Made by a program: the position numbers and the translations under genes. Below the pieces are notes generated by a model. It ran no database searches, was not told the origin of the DNA, and saw only the letters and a list, made by a program, of their open reading frames with translations. A DNA stretch of 52,583 nucleotides, the filler included, from Streblomastix strix (lineage: Eukaryota), in NCBI GenBank assembly GCA_008636045.1. It is 3 parts of 3 records of this genome, joined end to end, with 100 filler letters (N's around TTAATTAATTAA, not from the genome) between each part and the next. Parts side by side here need not be neighbours in the genome. Positions count along the whole stretch, not along the records: positions 35,129 to 52,583 come from SNRW01000705.1; 2 more parts are not named here. The stretch is one strand, 5' to 3'. Below, piece after piece: positions 37,575 through 49,986 of this stretch (the stretch's first letter is position 1; every line of letters starts with the position of its first letter).

Positions 37575-40500
37575 TCACTATTTAAAAAAATAACTATCTG
37601 CTTTAATATTATTGATAAATGGAAGACATAATTAATTAGGTAGTGCTATCATTTTTGTATGAGATCCCGTGATTGCATTTTTCTCCATTTTCAACCTGAT
37701 CATAGTACCTTTCCTCTACGCTAATGTTGTATTAATAGCTGTGGTGATAGTTCCTTTGTTATTACAGTCTATAAACGTTTGTTCATTAATCTAAGGATTC
37801 TGATCCAAAATAACACCTTTCAATGCATTCTCATTATTAATAATGTAATTTTTAGGTGATAGAGCTATGCAATTATAACCATATTTTTCCACTCCAATAT
37901 GAAGTACTTATTTCTTTCCATTCTCTGAAAACACGCAATCCTTATAAGTGTCAAAGAACACCTAGTCCCTTATGACTTCTTCAAACAGTTGATCTGGACC
38001 TCTATTTGGATTACCACTAATTGCCCAAGTTAATGAATCAGTATCTCCCTGTATAAAGTGCATTCTATTCATATTATACGCCTTGTTCATAAAATTATAT
38101 ATGAAATAAACGTATCAAAATTTTACAGAATCAAATACGAAGTAAGCTACTTATAAACATGTATTGCAACGACAGTTTTTCCTATCCACTTACATAGCAT
38201 ATAGATCTTCATTTAATTCGGTCGAATGAATGAATCCACCCAACATATGCTATATGAATGTCTTATTTGCAGAGAGTAATCTTGTATTACAATATTTCTC
38301 ACTATTCAACGCATCACTTCCAAAAGCTGAATTCAATATCAACTTACAGAACTATCCTAATCCTTCATTTTTAGCATCTTTCGCCTGCTATCTAAGATTC
38401 ATAAATTCCTTCACGAATGAGTTGAAATTAGTGTGTATCGTAAATGTGGTAACACTTACTATCTCATCGATTACAAGATGACATGTATCAATTAGTAGCC
38501 ATAAGTAGTAGTTATTGAACGACATTACCTCATTATTTGTATCGACAAAATTTGATAATTTTCGTTCAGTTTTATCATAAGGAAGTTAGTGATTAAATAG
38601 ATGATTATACATAAATTCTCCAATTGTTTCCATATTAGTTGTGATATCAATATTTCTCAGAACTGGACCCCAATTAATCACTTCATTCAAATATTTCTCA
38701 TCAATGTGACCCTTAATCTCAGCAACAAATAATATCATTTTATCGACTACTAATGGGTCATTAGAGAACCTATTAGTGTCATATATTAATGCTTTACATC
38801 TATCATAATCAGTAATCTTTTCAATAAGTTATGCAGACATGTATATAATGTGATTAGTGTATAGGTTTAGCGCATTCGGTTCACCACTCATAACACTTGG
38901 ATATTAGCTATGAAAATCTAACTAAACTACATGAGTCATCACATAATCTGAATCAATTGAATACACACACTTATTTTCTTAATCAAATTCGAAATGATTA
39001 ATTCTCGTTTCTCCTGCAATATTGTATCTATGCATCACATTTGATATACCTCCAGTAATACCTTTACGCAATAATTGATACGCTTCATCACTCGTTAATG
39101 TCATGGGTAATTGTTTAAATAACGCATATTTCCTTAGTTGACTCGTTAGTTTCATTTATTTTTCATCATGGTTAGCTTTTCATACGTTGCAGTACAAACA
39201 GCATGGAATTACATTATCTTTTGAATGACGTTTACTATTATCTATTCTATCTAATGTGGGCCTATTCTTCCATGTGAATCGTGCATTGCATATATGACAA
39301 CGTTAATTCTTGAATAGTTCTTTAAAATAACTATAATCATCAATCGTTACATTATTGCTTGAATCTCTATTTTTTTTATTATCTTATTCAATATAACTAT
39401 CCGCTTTAGCTCTCCAATAATTCTATGTGATTTCGATTGATTTGTCAGTGCTTTCATAATTATAATCTCCATTGATATCAAAATCATTATATGACATAGA
39501 ATATTTGATTGCGTTAGAGCATTAAGATATAGATATATTGTCTAGCATGTCCACATTATATTTAAACATTTACTCAATCATGTAATCAATAGGTTCAATA
39601 AGAACTCTAGTATCGAGTATGTTATAATGCTTCAAATAATCCCATCGTGATTTGTGTTTAGCTGCTTCGACAAGATACTCCTTGTACTTTACTTCACTGA
39701 GCTTCATATTTCGCAACTGATTATCAAATGCTTCGATCGGGAATGGTTCATATTTATTCAATTCATTCATATAATTATTAGTGTTTATAAATTCATGAAG
39801 AAAACGACCTTTCTTATACAATCCATTCCCAAAATCTCTTACAGCTTCCTTTAACTTATGTTGCATAGAATACATCTTAAAATCAACGAATTACAATTGA
39901 ATGCTTGAGGATTAATGCTTGACAACTATCTATTTTGCGATTGTGTTTTGACCTAAATACTTCGAGATAGTCCATTCTTTTGATCTCAAATTCTTGAATA
40001 GAATGGAGACATCAAATTTTGCAGAATTGAACCCAATTACAGGTACCTCATAGTATTATGGGATTGTTTCATCTATATATTTATTATCTTTCTTTACTTA
40101 TTTCGCTTCTTCAAATATTTACTCTAACCACTTATCTAAGAAATCTTCTGTTCGAATATCGTGATAAAATGAATGAATACCGCTAGCTAATTTGACAGTT
40201 GATGCGATAGCGTATGGAATTAACGTAGCAGTAACTTATGAAATATCACCATATTTTTCATTAACTTTCTTTTCTAATGTTTCAATATCATACGTTATGT
40301 AATATCTTGTAGGTTTAAACAAATGGGTTAGATTATTCGCTAATAGATACTTATAAGTCTTATTGGATAAAATATGAGGAACAAACGGTTTTGCAAACTT
40401 CTCTAAGATGACTTTCTTAACTATTTTTCCATCATTCTTCTGACATTTTTTCATATGATTTCTCATCTGTACTTATAGATTTTTATCACCTATTTTGAAC

Positions 40501-42078
40501 CCTTATCTATGACATATGTTACAGTAACGGAATCCAGTTAATGCTTCCACATCAGATATATACATAATGTGAGTGTTAATTCCATCATTAATGAATAGGA
40601 TATTGAACTGTTTGTCTGAATCATTTATGAGATAATTTTATGTAAGTTCATAGTTTGGAGGATCACTATCATAGGTATACATGTGCACATTAATCTATTC
40701 TTTATTAATAAAGTTATCAATATCTCCTACGAATTCGAATCTTTAATAATTATCTCGAAACTCCACTCCATTAACTCTTGAAAATATACGCTTAGCTTTA
40801 GCGATTCTTGAACAATCTTTCCATCGTTTGTCTTTTGAATTAGGCATTGTGATGAATGAATAGGCTGTCCAGAAGCATAGATTCACCTTACAATCTATAT
40901 AATAAATCTCTCTTCGTTTAATATGCTACTTTAATGATGGAATAGCTGCATCTGCTAATGGATATCGAAATACAAAGAGCATTACTGAGAATATTGATAC
41001 TATTTTTTCATGAGTATCTGTATTAGTTCTCTCTTACATGCATCCTATAACTGTTTGAAGATATTATTTGTACATATTAATGTTATCTCTAGACCTTATC
41101 TCTAATGGTGCTCTTCTTTCAGAACTTGCATCTACTGGAAGCATATATTTGTATTTAATTGATTAAACTTCATTATTACCATCAACACGTTCAATTAGAA
41201 TTCCAAAATCAACAGCTAGTTTAAACACATTACCTTTTTCTATATCGTATATTGAGTCTAAGTGTTTATCTAAATCAGCCTAAGAAGCAATATTACTATA
41301 ATACTATTTAGTTGGTTTCATTTAATTAATTGATGACTAATTATTTGATTTATATGAAAGACTGCCTGTTTCTTTATTGTATTTATTAAATGCAATGTTC
41401 TTAATCCTATTGAATTACGCTTCATTCTATATATCACATAGCATTATCATATCATTATCAGTATTTAGATGATGATACACATATTTTTCATGTGTTCTAA
41501 TGTAATCACTAATTTGTTATTAGTCTGTTTCGAATAGAATATCGATGTTCATATCCTCAACATTATGAAATTCATCTAACAATTATGCTTATCTTGCCTA
41601 TATATCTTCATCTTATTTTCTCCTATGTTCTTCTATCTCTTATGCTCTTAATTAATGCTGCTATTATCTATATCGTTCTGCATCGAATATACCTTCTTCA
41701 TCTAATAATTCTGGATCAAACTCTTCTCTAAATTCTTTTATATCCAATTCACGTTATTTTTATAATTATTCTTATTCCCTTTATATCTATTCTTCTCGTG
41801 CTAATCGTTATTACTCCCGTTAATTGAACCATTTTCGAACATGAATTTATATAACAGTTGCTGCTTTAGATTGTTCCATATATATATCGTGAAACTACTG
41901 CATTGATCGCTTATTCCTCAGCATTAACGATATTACGTTAGCCATAGAATCCGATCTTAGTCAGTATTGAACTTAGATTTGATCTCTTTTATTTATCATT
42001 CACATTCATGTTTGCGTTTGGATCGTATAATTAGAGGAGCTGATTAACGTCTTCAATTGATATCTTTGATCTAGTCAT
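37575..42078 (-). CDS. polB: Protein-primed family B DNA polymerase (~1,500 aa) with IQ-like motif, Zn finger and embedded HNH module; frameshift near 41885, TGA at 39180-39182 and 38115-38117
   Basis: ExoI YDIETLE, ExoII VIGFNSAKFD, ExoIII HYNILDTRVL, KGITGGIS, motif A LDFHSQYPSVMS, motif B CKLILNSAFG, motif C IQGDTDS; one frame from ~41880 to TGA37575-37577. Confidence 0.95.
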
Positions 42079-42120
42079 TCTTGTAATTGAAAAATAATAT
42101 TGTCATATTCTTACTCATTA

Positions 42121-43422
42121 TCAATCTTGTTCCATTTATGATGCTGGAGCTTAATATCCTAACATTGGTTAATTTCTTTGCTTTTCCATATATGCAAGTT
42201 GAGCTATACTATTATATAAGTTTCCAATATTTGTTGCCAATGCTACTTCATCATCATCAACCATTTGGAAATTTTTAGTTGCAATTTCATTCTTATATAT
42301 TCTTGCTGCTTGTTTAACAGTTTCTTTACTTGCTGCATCCCAATTTACTTATGTATCAATAATTTTCAATAGATGTCTTATAATCAAATCCCAAGCTGCT
42401 GCAGCAACATACATGTATGCTCCTTTAAGTTTCCATAAATCTCCTCCATTATTTTGATTAAATTCTTCAGCCATAGTTGGAACGTATGCAGACATGTAGT
42501 GTTGATGTGGATTCAATCTATAATAATCAGTTGCAACTTTATCCTTTCCATATGGAACCTATTTTCCTTTCATATAATCAAAGAATTTCGTAAATTTACG
42601 TTAGCCTTTTGGTATATCATGTATATAATTTTCTTGGAAAGCATCATATTTACTTTCAAGTTTTGGAATATTTCCACCCATGGAATATAGCTTCCCTTTA
42701 TCAGTATAAACAGTTGCGAAACTAGGAAGTGGTCCAGCACCATCAGGATCAACATTTCTAACTCTCCAGCCAGCCATGCTTTTCCTACTACCGATATAAG
42801 CTTATGCAGAAGGTAATATTCTCAATTCTTTATTGTATTTAATATCTCTATGTTTAAATTTCTTTACATTAAATATTTCCGTTAATGTTGCAAGCTATGT
42901 ATCGTTAAATGCTTACCCTAGATCTATATGTTTTCTTGCCGCACCAGCCTTCATTTTTTCTACTGTAGCATATTATTTTGCTGTTAACGGTTATCCCTAT
43001 CCTGCTTACCAACTTTAAAATCTTGATTGTTACGCTTAAGTCATGTTTTGGTTTTAGATAAAAGTTGGTTATTATACTTATTTTATCAATTATTCTCTTG
43101 GCTATTATGTTGGTTATTAAATCTATTGTGATTATACTAGTGGATTTTAAGTTATTATTTAAGGTTAACTTACAATTTAAGTCTATAAAGGATTTGGAGT
43201 CATTTATAAAATTGGAGTCTAATATTTTTATTAAATTCTTCGGAATGCTTCAGCTGTTTCTTCTAATATAGTTAATTCTTCTGCTTTACTTTTACGACCT
43301 TTGTGCCTATGTTAACTTTGTATTTGTTACTCCGCTTCACCTAGTTCATTAAAGAATTCGTCATCACCCGTTGCATTTCCCCAAATGTCTATAATTTCAT
43401 TGTTTAACTCTTATGCACTCAT
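42121..43422 (-). pseudogene. Viral hypothetical protein (~430 aa, possible core protein) with frameshift(s)
   Basis: MSAQELNNEIIDIWGNATGDDEFF.../...GWRVRNVDPDGAGPLPSFATVYTDKGKLYSMGG...YVAAAAWDLIIRHLL...; the frame changes near 43150 and probably near the 3' end. Confidence 0.6.
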
Positions 43423-43465
43423 TTTGATAACAAGAAAAGGTTCATAAGTGAATGAAATAATTAAT

Positions 43466-44248
43466 ATGAAACAAATGTCCTTGACAGCATATGTAGACCA
43501 ATTACTTAGCAAATAGAAAACCAATAAACATGAAGAATAATCAATCATTCATAATGAACTGAATTTCTCGTATAATTCTATCAATCTACTCATAGGATAA
43601 CGTGGAAGCGGTAAGTCATATAATGTATTCAAAAAGCTAATCAAATTGAGCTAATTGCCTAATAAATGTTACACATTGTTCATATATGTTACTGATAGAA
43701 ATAATGATATAACTTATAAGAAAATGAAAGATTTAATAAAAATACCTACAAAGATAGTACCATATGCAGAAGTGAATGAAGCATTAGACGAATTGACTGA
43801 AAGTAAGAAGGCTTATGATGACGTTATTGAATATAAATTATAGGATTAAATGAAAGAAGAATCGAAGAAAGATATACTATCTCACATTGAAGCAAAGGAC
43901 TTTTCTATCAAATTTCCACATACAATAGTGCTGTTCGATGATGCAATGAGTATCTTCAAGAATAAAAACAATCCAATATACAAAAAATTATTCAAAAATA
44001 GATAGTCAAGAATCACTTATTTCCTATGTTTGTAAGATATAATAGGTCTAGATGCTAGTATTAAATCTAATGTAGATACAATATACTTTTTCGGTGGTTT
44101 TAATACATAAAAGTTCAATTTATTCTTCTATTAGTCGAGTCTTCCAACAGATAAGGAAACATTATGGAATGAGTATGTGTAACTAGGCAAACGAGAAGCA
44201 TTACTGGAATAGTATAATAATGATGGAACAATGGTACGAGTTATCTGA
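43466..44248 (+). CDS. A32/FtsK-like genome-packaging ATPase (260 aa)
   Basis: Walker A LLIGQRGSGKS (Q=TAA), Walker B IVLFDD, NRQSRITYFLCLQD, IKSNVD; intact frame to TGA44246-44248. It is the only + strand gene of the element. Confidence 0.92.
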
Positions 44249-44249
44249 T

Positions 44250-44653
44250 TCAATGAACGTACTCATCATCTTAATAGGATATTGATTATTATTTTTATTC
44301 AAAGAAGCTAACTAAATACGTTAATTTGTCATTAATTTCTTTGATTTATTCTTATAGATTAGCCAGTTCAATTTGTTCAGATTACTTATGTTTTTCTTAT
44401 TTCAATGCCATTTATTCATTCTATTTTGTGAAGGTATATCCATCTATTTTATACAGTTTATTTAATTTTATAGTTGGCATCTTATCAATAGATTCTTTAT
44501 TAGCCGCATAATATTAGTGGAATTCATCAGTCGAATCAAACGTTAATGGTTGTACATCAGTTTTTTGATTATTTTTAATTCAGGTAATGGTTGTATTTTA
44601 TCTTAGGATTTATTGTTTTTAACTAGCTTACTATCGAATAGTATACGAGACAT
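44250..44653 (-). pseudogene. Viral small hypothetical protein with a frameshift near 44570
   Basis: MSRILFDSKLVK.../QPLTFDSTDEFHQYYAANKESIDKMPTIKLNKLYKIDGYTFTK...DDEYVH-TGA. Confidence 0.55.
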
Positions 44654-44686
44654 TTCAATTAAACAAAAATAAATTAAGCTCATGTA

Positions 44687-45571
44687 TCAATGTGCTCTTT
44701 CTGTATTAATAGTAGCTTATATGATATCAATTATGAAATCTAATTAGTCTTCTGGGAAAGTATAATGAGTTGACCATATTTTTACATCTTGTCTTGATTG
44801 TAGAGTTTCTTTAATTTTCTCATTAATCGTCATAGCTATTGGTAAATTATCTACAAATAATGATGATTCACGACGATATCGTTCTATTTTTGCGGGACGT
44901 AAGTCTTTTCTATTGATTCTTCTGATTCGTATTGTTATTTGATCTTCCTGCTAATCTTCAAGTTATTCATCTTCATTAACCTCTTCAACTATCAATATAT
45001 TCGTTCTTTCTTTACCATTTGGAACAGCTCTTGGTGCTAATTATCTAATTTATTAATTCAAATCAGTGATTCTATCAGATAATGTATCAGTAATTGTATT
45101 TATTACAATATGGAATTGATCTGCTATTGCTTATGTTTTATCAGCTTCATGTTCTGCAATGACTGTTTCGTTAATTTTATCCATTATATCAGTTACAATA
45201 TCAAGATATTTGATAGATGTCTTCATATAAATTATGTTAATTAATTTTTTATATACATATGTTCCTCTGACTTCATTAATATATTCATTAATCTGCTAAT
45301 ATTCAAGTTGAATGGGTTGGATGGTTTTACAGCCTACAGATTTATCCTAGATAAACTTCTTGTAATCCCTATACATCTATGTTGATGTTATATTCTTAAG
45401 TAATTTTCTTATATTCCCTTATTCATTAATCAATTGAACTAGTTTAGTAGCGTTAACATATTCATCCTAATCTCTTATCAATATTTCGAAACCATTATAA
45501 GAATCAATTGTGATTGTCTCGTTGTTAGAAGTTATTTTGCGCAAATTGGGTGTTGCTGCTTGTGATGCCAT
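44687..45571 (-). CDS. KilA-N/APSES-like DNA-binding protein (294 aa)
   Basis: SYNGFEILIRDQDEYVNATKLVQ...EVRGTYVYKKLINII: KilA-N hallmarks YxNATKL and GTYV; followed by a coiled coil. Confidence 0.85.
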
Positions 45572-45738
45572 TTTCTGATTAGTAAAAAAGTAGGATTAGT
45601 AAATTGAAACGAACGATAATTAATTGATGCTTAAAAATAAATCGAGAGAATACATTTAGCTGGTCAATTAAACCGATAATTTGAGCACTAATCTCCATAT
45701 CAAATTGGTCCGTTCAAATTGAACGGGCTAGTTAAAAA

Positions 45739-46113
45739 TCAATATTATAGCATCAATTCAAGAACAAATTTTATATCCGTTTATGAAACATTCAAATTCA
45801 TATTATTTTTGAACCAAATCAACATACTTGGCTAATGATTCATTTATTAAATTTCAGTAGATGTTCCAGTTTCATTACAAAAACTTACAAAACTATCATA
45901 ATATTATTCTTTTTATACTAGTGTTGAATGAATAGAGATAATATTAGGAGTATTTAGAATCTTACATTATATGAATACTATTTTTCGTTAATTATTTGAG
46001 TTAACAAAATCATAAGGCAACTACATTTTAAACATTCCATCTACATACATACAATCATCCTACATTATTTCGAAGCGTTTTACATTCGAAGCTGAAGTCA
46101 TATCAAATGGCAT
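45739..46113 (-). CDS. Putative minor capsid (single jelly-roll-like) protein (124 aa)
   Basis: Beta-strand-rich ORF right after the MCP: LPYDFVNS...ISIHSTLV...YDSFVSFCNE...MLIWFKN...KFVLELMLQY-TGA. The function call is inferred from position and composition. Confidence 0.5.
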
Positions 46114-46141
46114 TTTATAACAAAAATAATATTCATCAATA

Positions 46142-47863
46142 TCAAGCAGTAACCTAGTTAATAAACTAATCAAATGAATGAGTTGTATCAAATAAGCAAG
46201 ATCCTCCATCTCTTGGGCTAAAGAGCCAGAAAGTATCATGAACAGTGCACAGAATCGGAGGAAGTGGATGTTTTCCATTAGTGTCAACATTATAATAAGT
46301 ATCTACTTCTCCTGCGAATATTGGATGTCCTTTTAGTTCAATGGAAGTATTTTAGTTCTAGGTATCTAATCCATCAAATGTTAATGCACCATTGCTATTG
46401 CGTTCACATTATATTGTAATGAAGAATGATGTATAATCACTAACAGGATTGTATCTTCGTGTTTTATTAGCCCTTGGAGTTGCGAGTGAATCTTCATATT
46501 CATCACATGCTTCGAAAATATTATCGAGATTATTAGCTTATAATTACATTGTGAAGAATTATTCATTAAGAGTATTCTTTGGGAAATCTGGGAAATTTCT
46601 ATTCATTGTGTTAATTTACATATCAAAATAGCATGGATTTTCATAGCAAGTAACATGTCTAGCATCCTTAGGGAATAGTAAGCACATATCAGTTACATGA
46701 GATAGAGGTATATTTTAAGTTGATTTTATTCCTACAGATGAAGCTGCACTTAGAAATACCCATGATTCAATACGTTATATAGGAACAACAAATGAACGAC
46801 TTTAATAGAATTATCGTACACGATTAAGACAAGATTCTGATGCTTTATATCCACACATATTTGCTGTTAAGGTTTCAATAATATAGTTTCTTACGGATAC
46901 TGTAACAGGCTTAATATCACATACGAGATTCTTTAATCCTGAAGGAGCAAGCACTTCTGCACGTATTCCAGTTATCAAATCAGCAGTGCATCCAATTTAT
47001 GTGTACATTTTAATGTATTAGAATGTGAGACTCCAGTTGCGGAAGAATAGATCAATATCCTTAAGCTTATCTTAATCTGAACTCAATAATTCATCTTCAT
47101 TAATTGTTTAATATTTAGCCATTGAAAGTACTGGATCTTCTTAGCAGAATACAAATGCGCTTGGATTAATCTTGAATTTAATTTTGAGATCACCAAATAG
47201 AGAATTAGGATATTCAGAGAATGCAAAGAAAATGAGTAAATCATCCAAAGGAATTGATATTGTGAAGCCAACTGGCATAGCATATGGAGAAGAAGTTTAT
47301 GGTGCAAGTACTTCTGAAATTTCTTTAATGCTTAGATATCTACCACAGCAAGATATGTCATCTTTACGCACATTTTAATAAAGAGAATGGACAAATTTTT
47401 TATTATTTTTCTCTGATTTTGGTTTGATAGTATTATAAATAAATGATTCAGTTGTTGCATCGTTCTAGAGAGATCCATCAATGGTATTTCCTCGATGATA
47501 TAGAACATACTGTTTAATCAATTCAGCTGAATTCTTCAATCCTACAAATATGAAAGTACCTTCTTTATAGGCATCATCAAATTAATCAAATTTATTATCG
47601 AATAACAGGTTCATTTTAAACTCAAGTGTAATGAATGAATTTTATATTTATGTTACATCATGATCAGAATCGGATAAACTGATGATAACTTCCTTATCAA
47701 ATAATGATGGCATTTATGATTCTGGCTTGATCTCTTTGATTGAAAAATGGTGCTCACCATCGTTCTAAAATGGTTGAATTACGAATGTCTTTAACAGGTT
47801 CTCAACAGTCTACAAGTTTTCCTGTGATTTGGGGATATGAGTCTTCATAAGCTAGCGATTCAT
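46142..47863 (-). CDS. Putative major capsid protein (573 aa, double jelly-roll inferred)
   Basis: Open beta-rich ORF (NSFITLEFKMNL, FIFVGLKNSAELIKQY, ISIPLDDLLIF...YPNSLFGDLKIKFKINP, FDGLDTQNQNTSIELKG) of MCP size in a pPolB/ATPase/integrase element. A homologous N-terminus may extend ~30 nt further via a 1-nt indel at ~47832. Confidence 0.72.
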
Positions 47864-47916
47864 GTTTAATTGCGCAAAAATAATCTGATTATATGTTAGT
47901 TAACTCAATTAATGAT

Positions 47917-48246
47917 TCACTATAATTCATCTCCAATTAGCGTTATACGGTTACTTATTATATCAATCGGAATCTTTCACCTTAAGTAATCATCCTATCG
48001 GAATGTCTTAAAATCCTATCTGAACTGTTATTTTGATTATTATTTATTCGGTCCAAATAAAGCATCAACTGCAGATGATCCTACACTAACGCCTTTCGCA
48101 ACCATACTTCCTGCTGGTCCCAAAGATGATAGAAGTGCGTTAGTTATGGGCATTATTGGTTTGACTACTTTATCATTCATCCAACTGATTCCTTTACCTA
48201 CTACTTAGACTAATTTTTTTAGCTTGTTGAATATTCCTGCTGTCAT
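47917..48246 (-). CDS. Viral small protein with N-terminal cationic amphipathic helix (adenovirus pVI-like); in-frame TGA at 47977-47979
   Basis: MTAGIFNKLKKLVQVVGKGISWMNDKVVKPIMPITNALLSSLGPAGSMVAKGVSVGSSAVDALFGP...; lies directly upstream of the MCP. Confidence 0.65.
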
Positions 48247-48299
48247 GATTTTAATAGGCAAAAATAAACGTATTTGCATCAATTTATCGAATCAATGTC

Positions 48300-49913
48300 T
48301 CATAAGTAATACATTCCACTTGAGCAATATTTATAAATATCAGTTGATGAATCAGGGATAACATCTTGAATATTTTATAAAACGCAATATAGCTTTTTAA
48401 ATTGTTAATTGAAACAGAAATAACACATACCCTACCAATTAATATATCCACCAGCATTTCTATAGACTGATGCAGGAAATCCTATGCTTTTACCATCAGC
48501 TGGTAATACAGCATCTGGAAGCAAACCAATCTCTTATGTACTTGTTGCTTATCCTTTTGTCTCGAAATATAGGTTGAATACACAAACTTTGCATGTTCCA
48601 TCATCAACAATATAATAAGTATTATAGGCATGACCTCCGTAATCAAAAGGTGCAATAAGTTGAATTTAATTGAATACATTAGTTATTGTAAATATATGTA
48701 TGGATGATGCTAATTTTCCATCATGTTTTATTATCACTTCATCAATATGGGAATCTGGTTTTTTTGGATCAGTTGGATGTGCATTTGGCTCCTCATTTGA
48801 TGTTGGATTCTTAAAGTTATCCAGTATATATGTTCCTTGAAATTCACAATCATACTTATTCAATATTCCACTTACAGCTACTTCTACCGCTAATGATTTA
48901 TCATAGATATCTTTGAACAAACACATAGCAGCATATTCCTATTGCTCAGTTCGAACAGGCATATATATTATATTTGGAAGAAGTAATTTTTAAGTTATTG
49001 TCGAAAATAATCTATGAACTGTTTATCTGTTTTCTGAATTCGATTGTTATATAATTTATCCTAATTTTGCTCCAAAACTAAATGTAATAAATGGACCTTC
49101 CTTAATGAAGAATGCTGCTCTATCCACTTTATAGATTGCTGATTCATCCTATAAATTTATATCACTATTCAAATAATTTACTTTAACATCACCAAACAAT
49201 CCAGTTGCGATCAAATCAGTTTATTTTTTCACAGTTTCATATACATGAGATGAAGTTTCAAATGATCCTTTACCATTAACATGCCAAGTATCCATTATAT
49301 CAACTCGTCCGTCATTATTCGCATCATAATTTATTTTCTTCGATTATTCATATTTTTTATAATATGTTACGTTTATGGAGAGACCAGTTTTAGATGGTAT
49401 CTATGAAGTACTGATGATAAATGGTCCATTCTAATCAATATAACAAAATATACTATTTTTATTCGTTGTGTTTGTTCCAACTAATGCAATCACTTTATCC
49501 CCCTCTTTTGGTCTCGCAAATTCTGGATAACTTTTGAATAAATATCCATTAGGAAATAATCCAGTAGTTTCATATGACGCGGTTAATGTAACACGACCAC
49601 CGTACACAATTAATTATGGATCTGATCCACTTGATGCTAAGAAACTAGATCGTTCCAGTAATGAACTTAAGTCTAATTTTTAAGTAGCGTTTGATACTGG
49701 AGGGATGAACTCTTCGTTTGCACTAAAAAGAATATCATCATTATCTTTCACTTATTTTTGTAAAGTTTATTGTTCGATTGGTACTCTCTCAGCTGGTGGA
49801 ACTGGCTTCTGATCTCTCTCGATAATATACGCATAATATTCTGGAAATTCAAATAGCCCTGCTGCTTCTAATAATGCTTCATCTAGGTAAACAGTACCTA
49901 TTTCATAACTCAT
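48300..49913 (-). CDS. Viral beta-rich fibre/spike-associated protein (537 aa) with a Ca-binding loop
   Basis: One frame joins track ORFs 49767-50033 and 48666-48926 under TAR=Gln; fibre-tip-like motifs (YPEFARPK, IGLLPDAVLP) and YDANNDGRVDIMD. Confidence 0.7.
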
Positions 49914-49986
49914 TTCATAGTTCAAAAATAATAGTATTAGACTTGTTTGATAGGTAATGCTAATATCAATAGCTCCATAATTGTTT

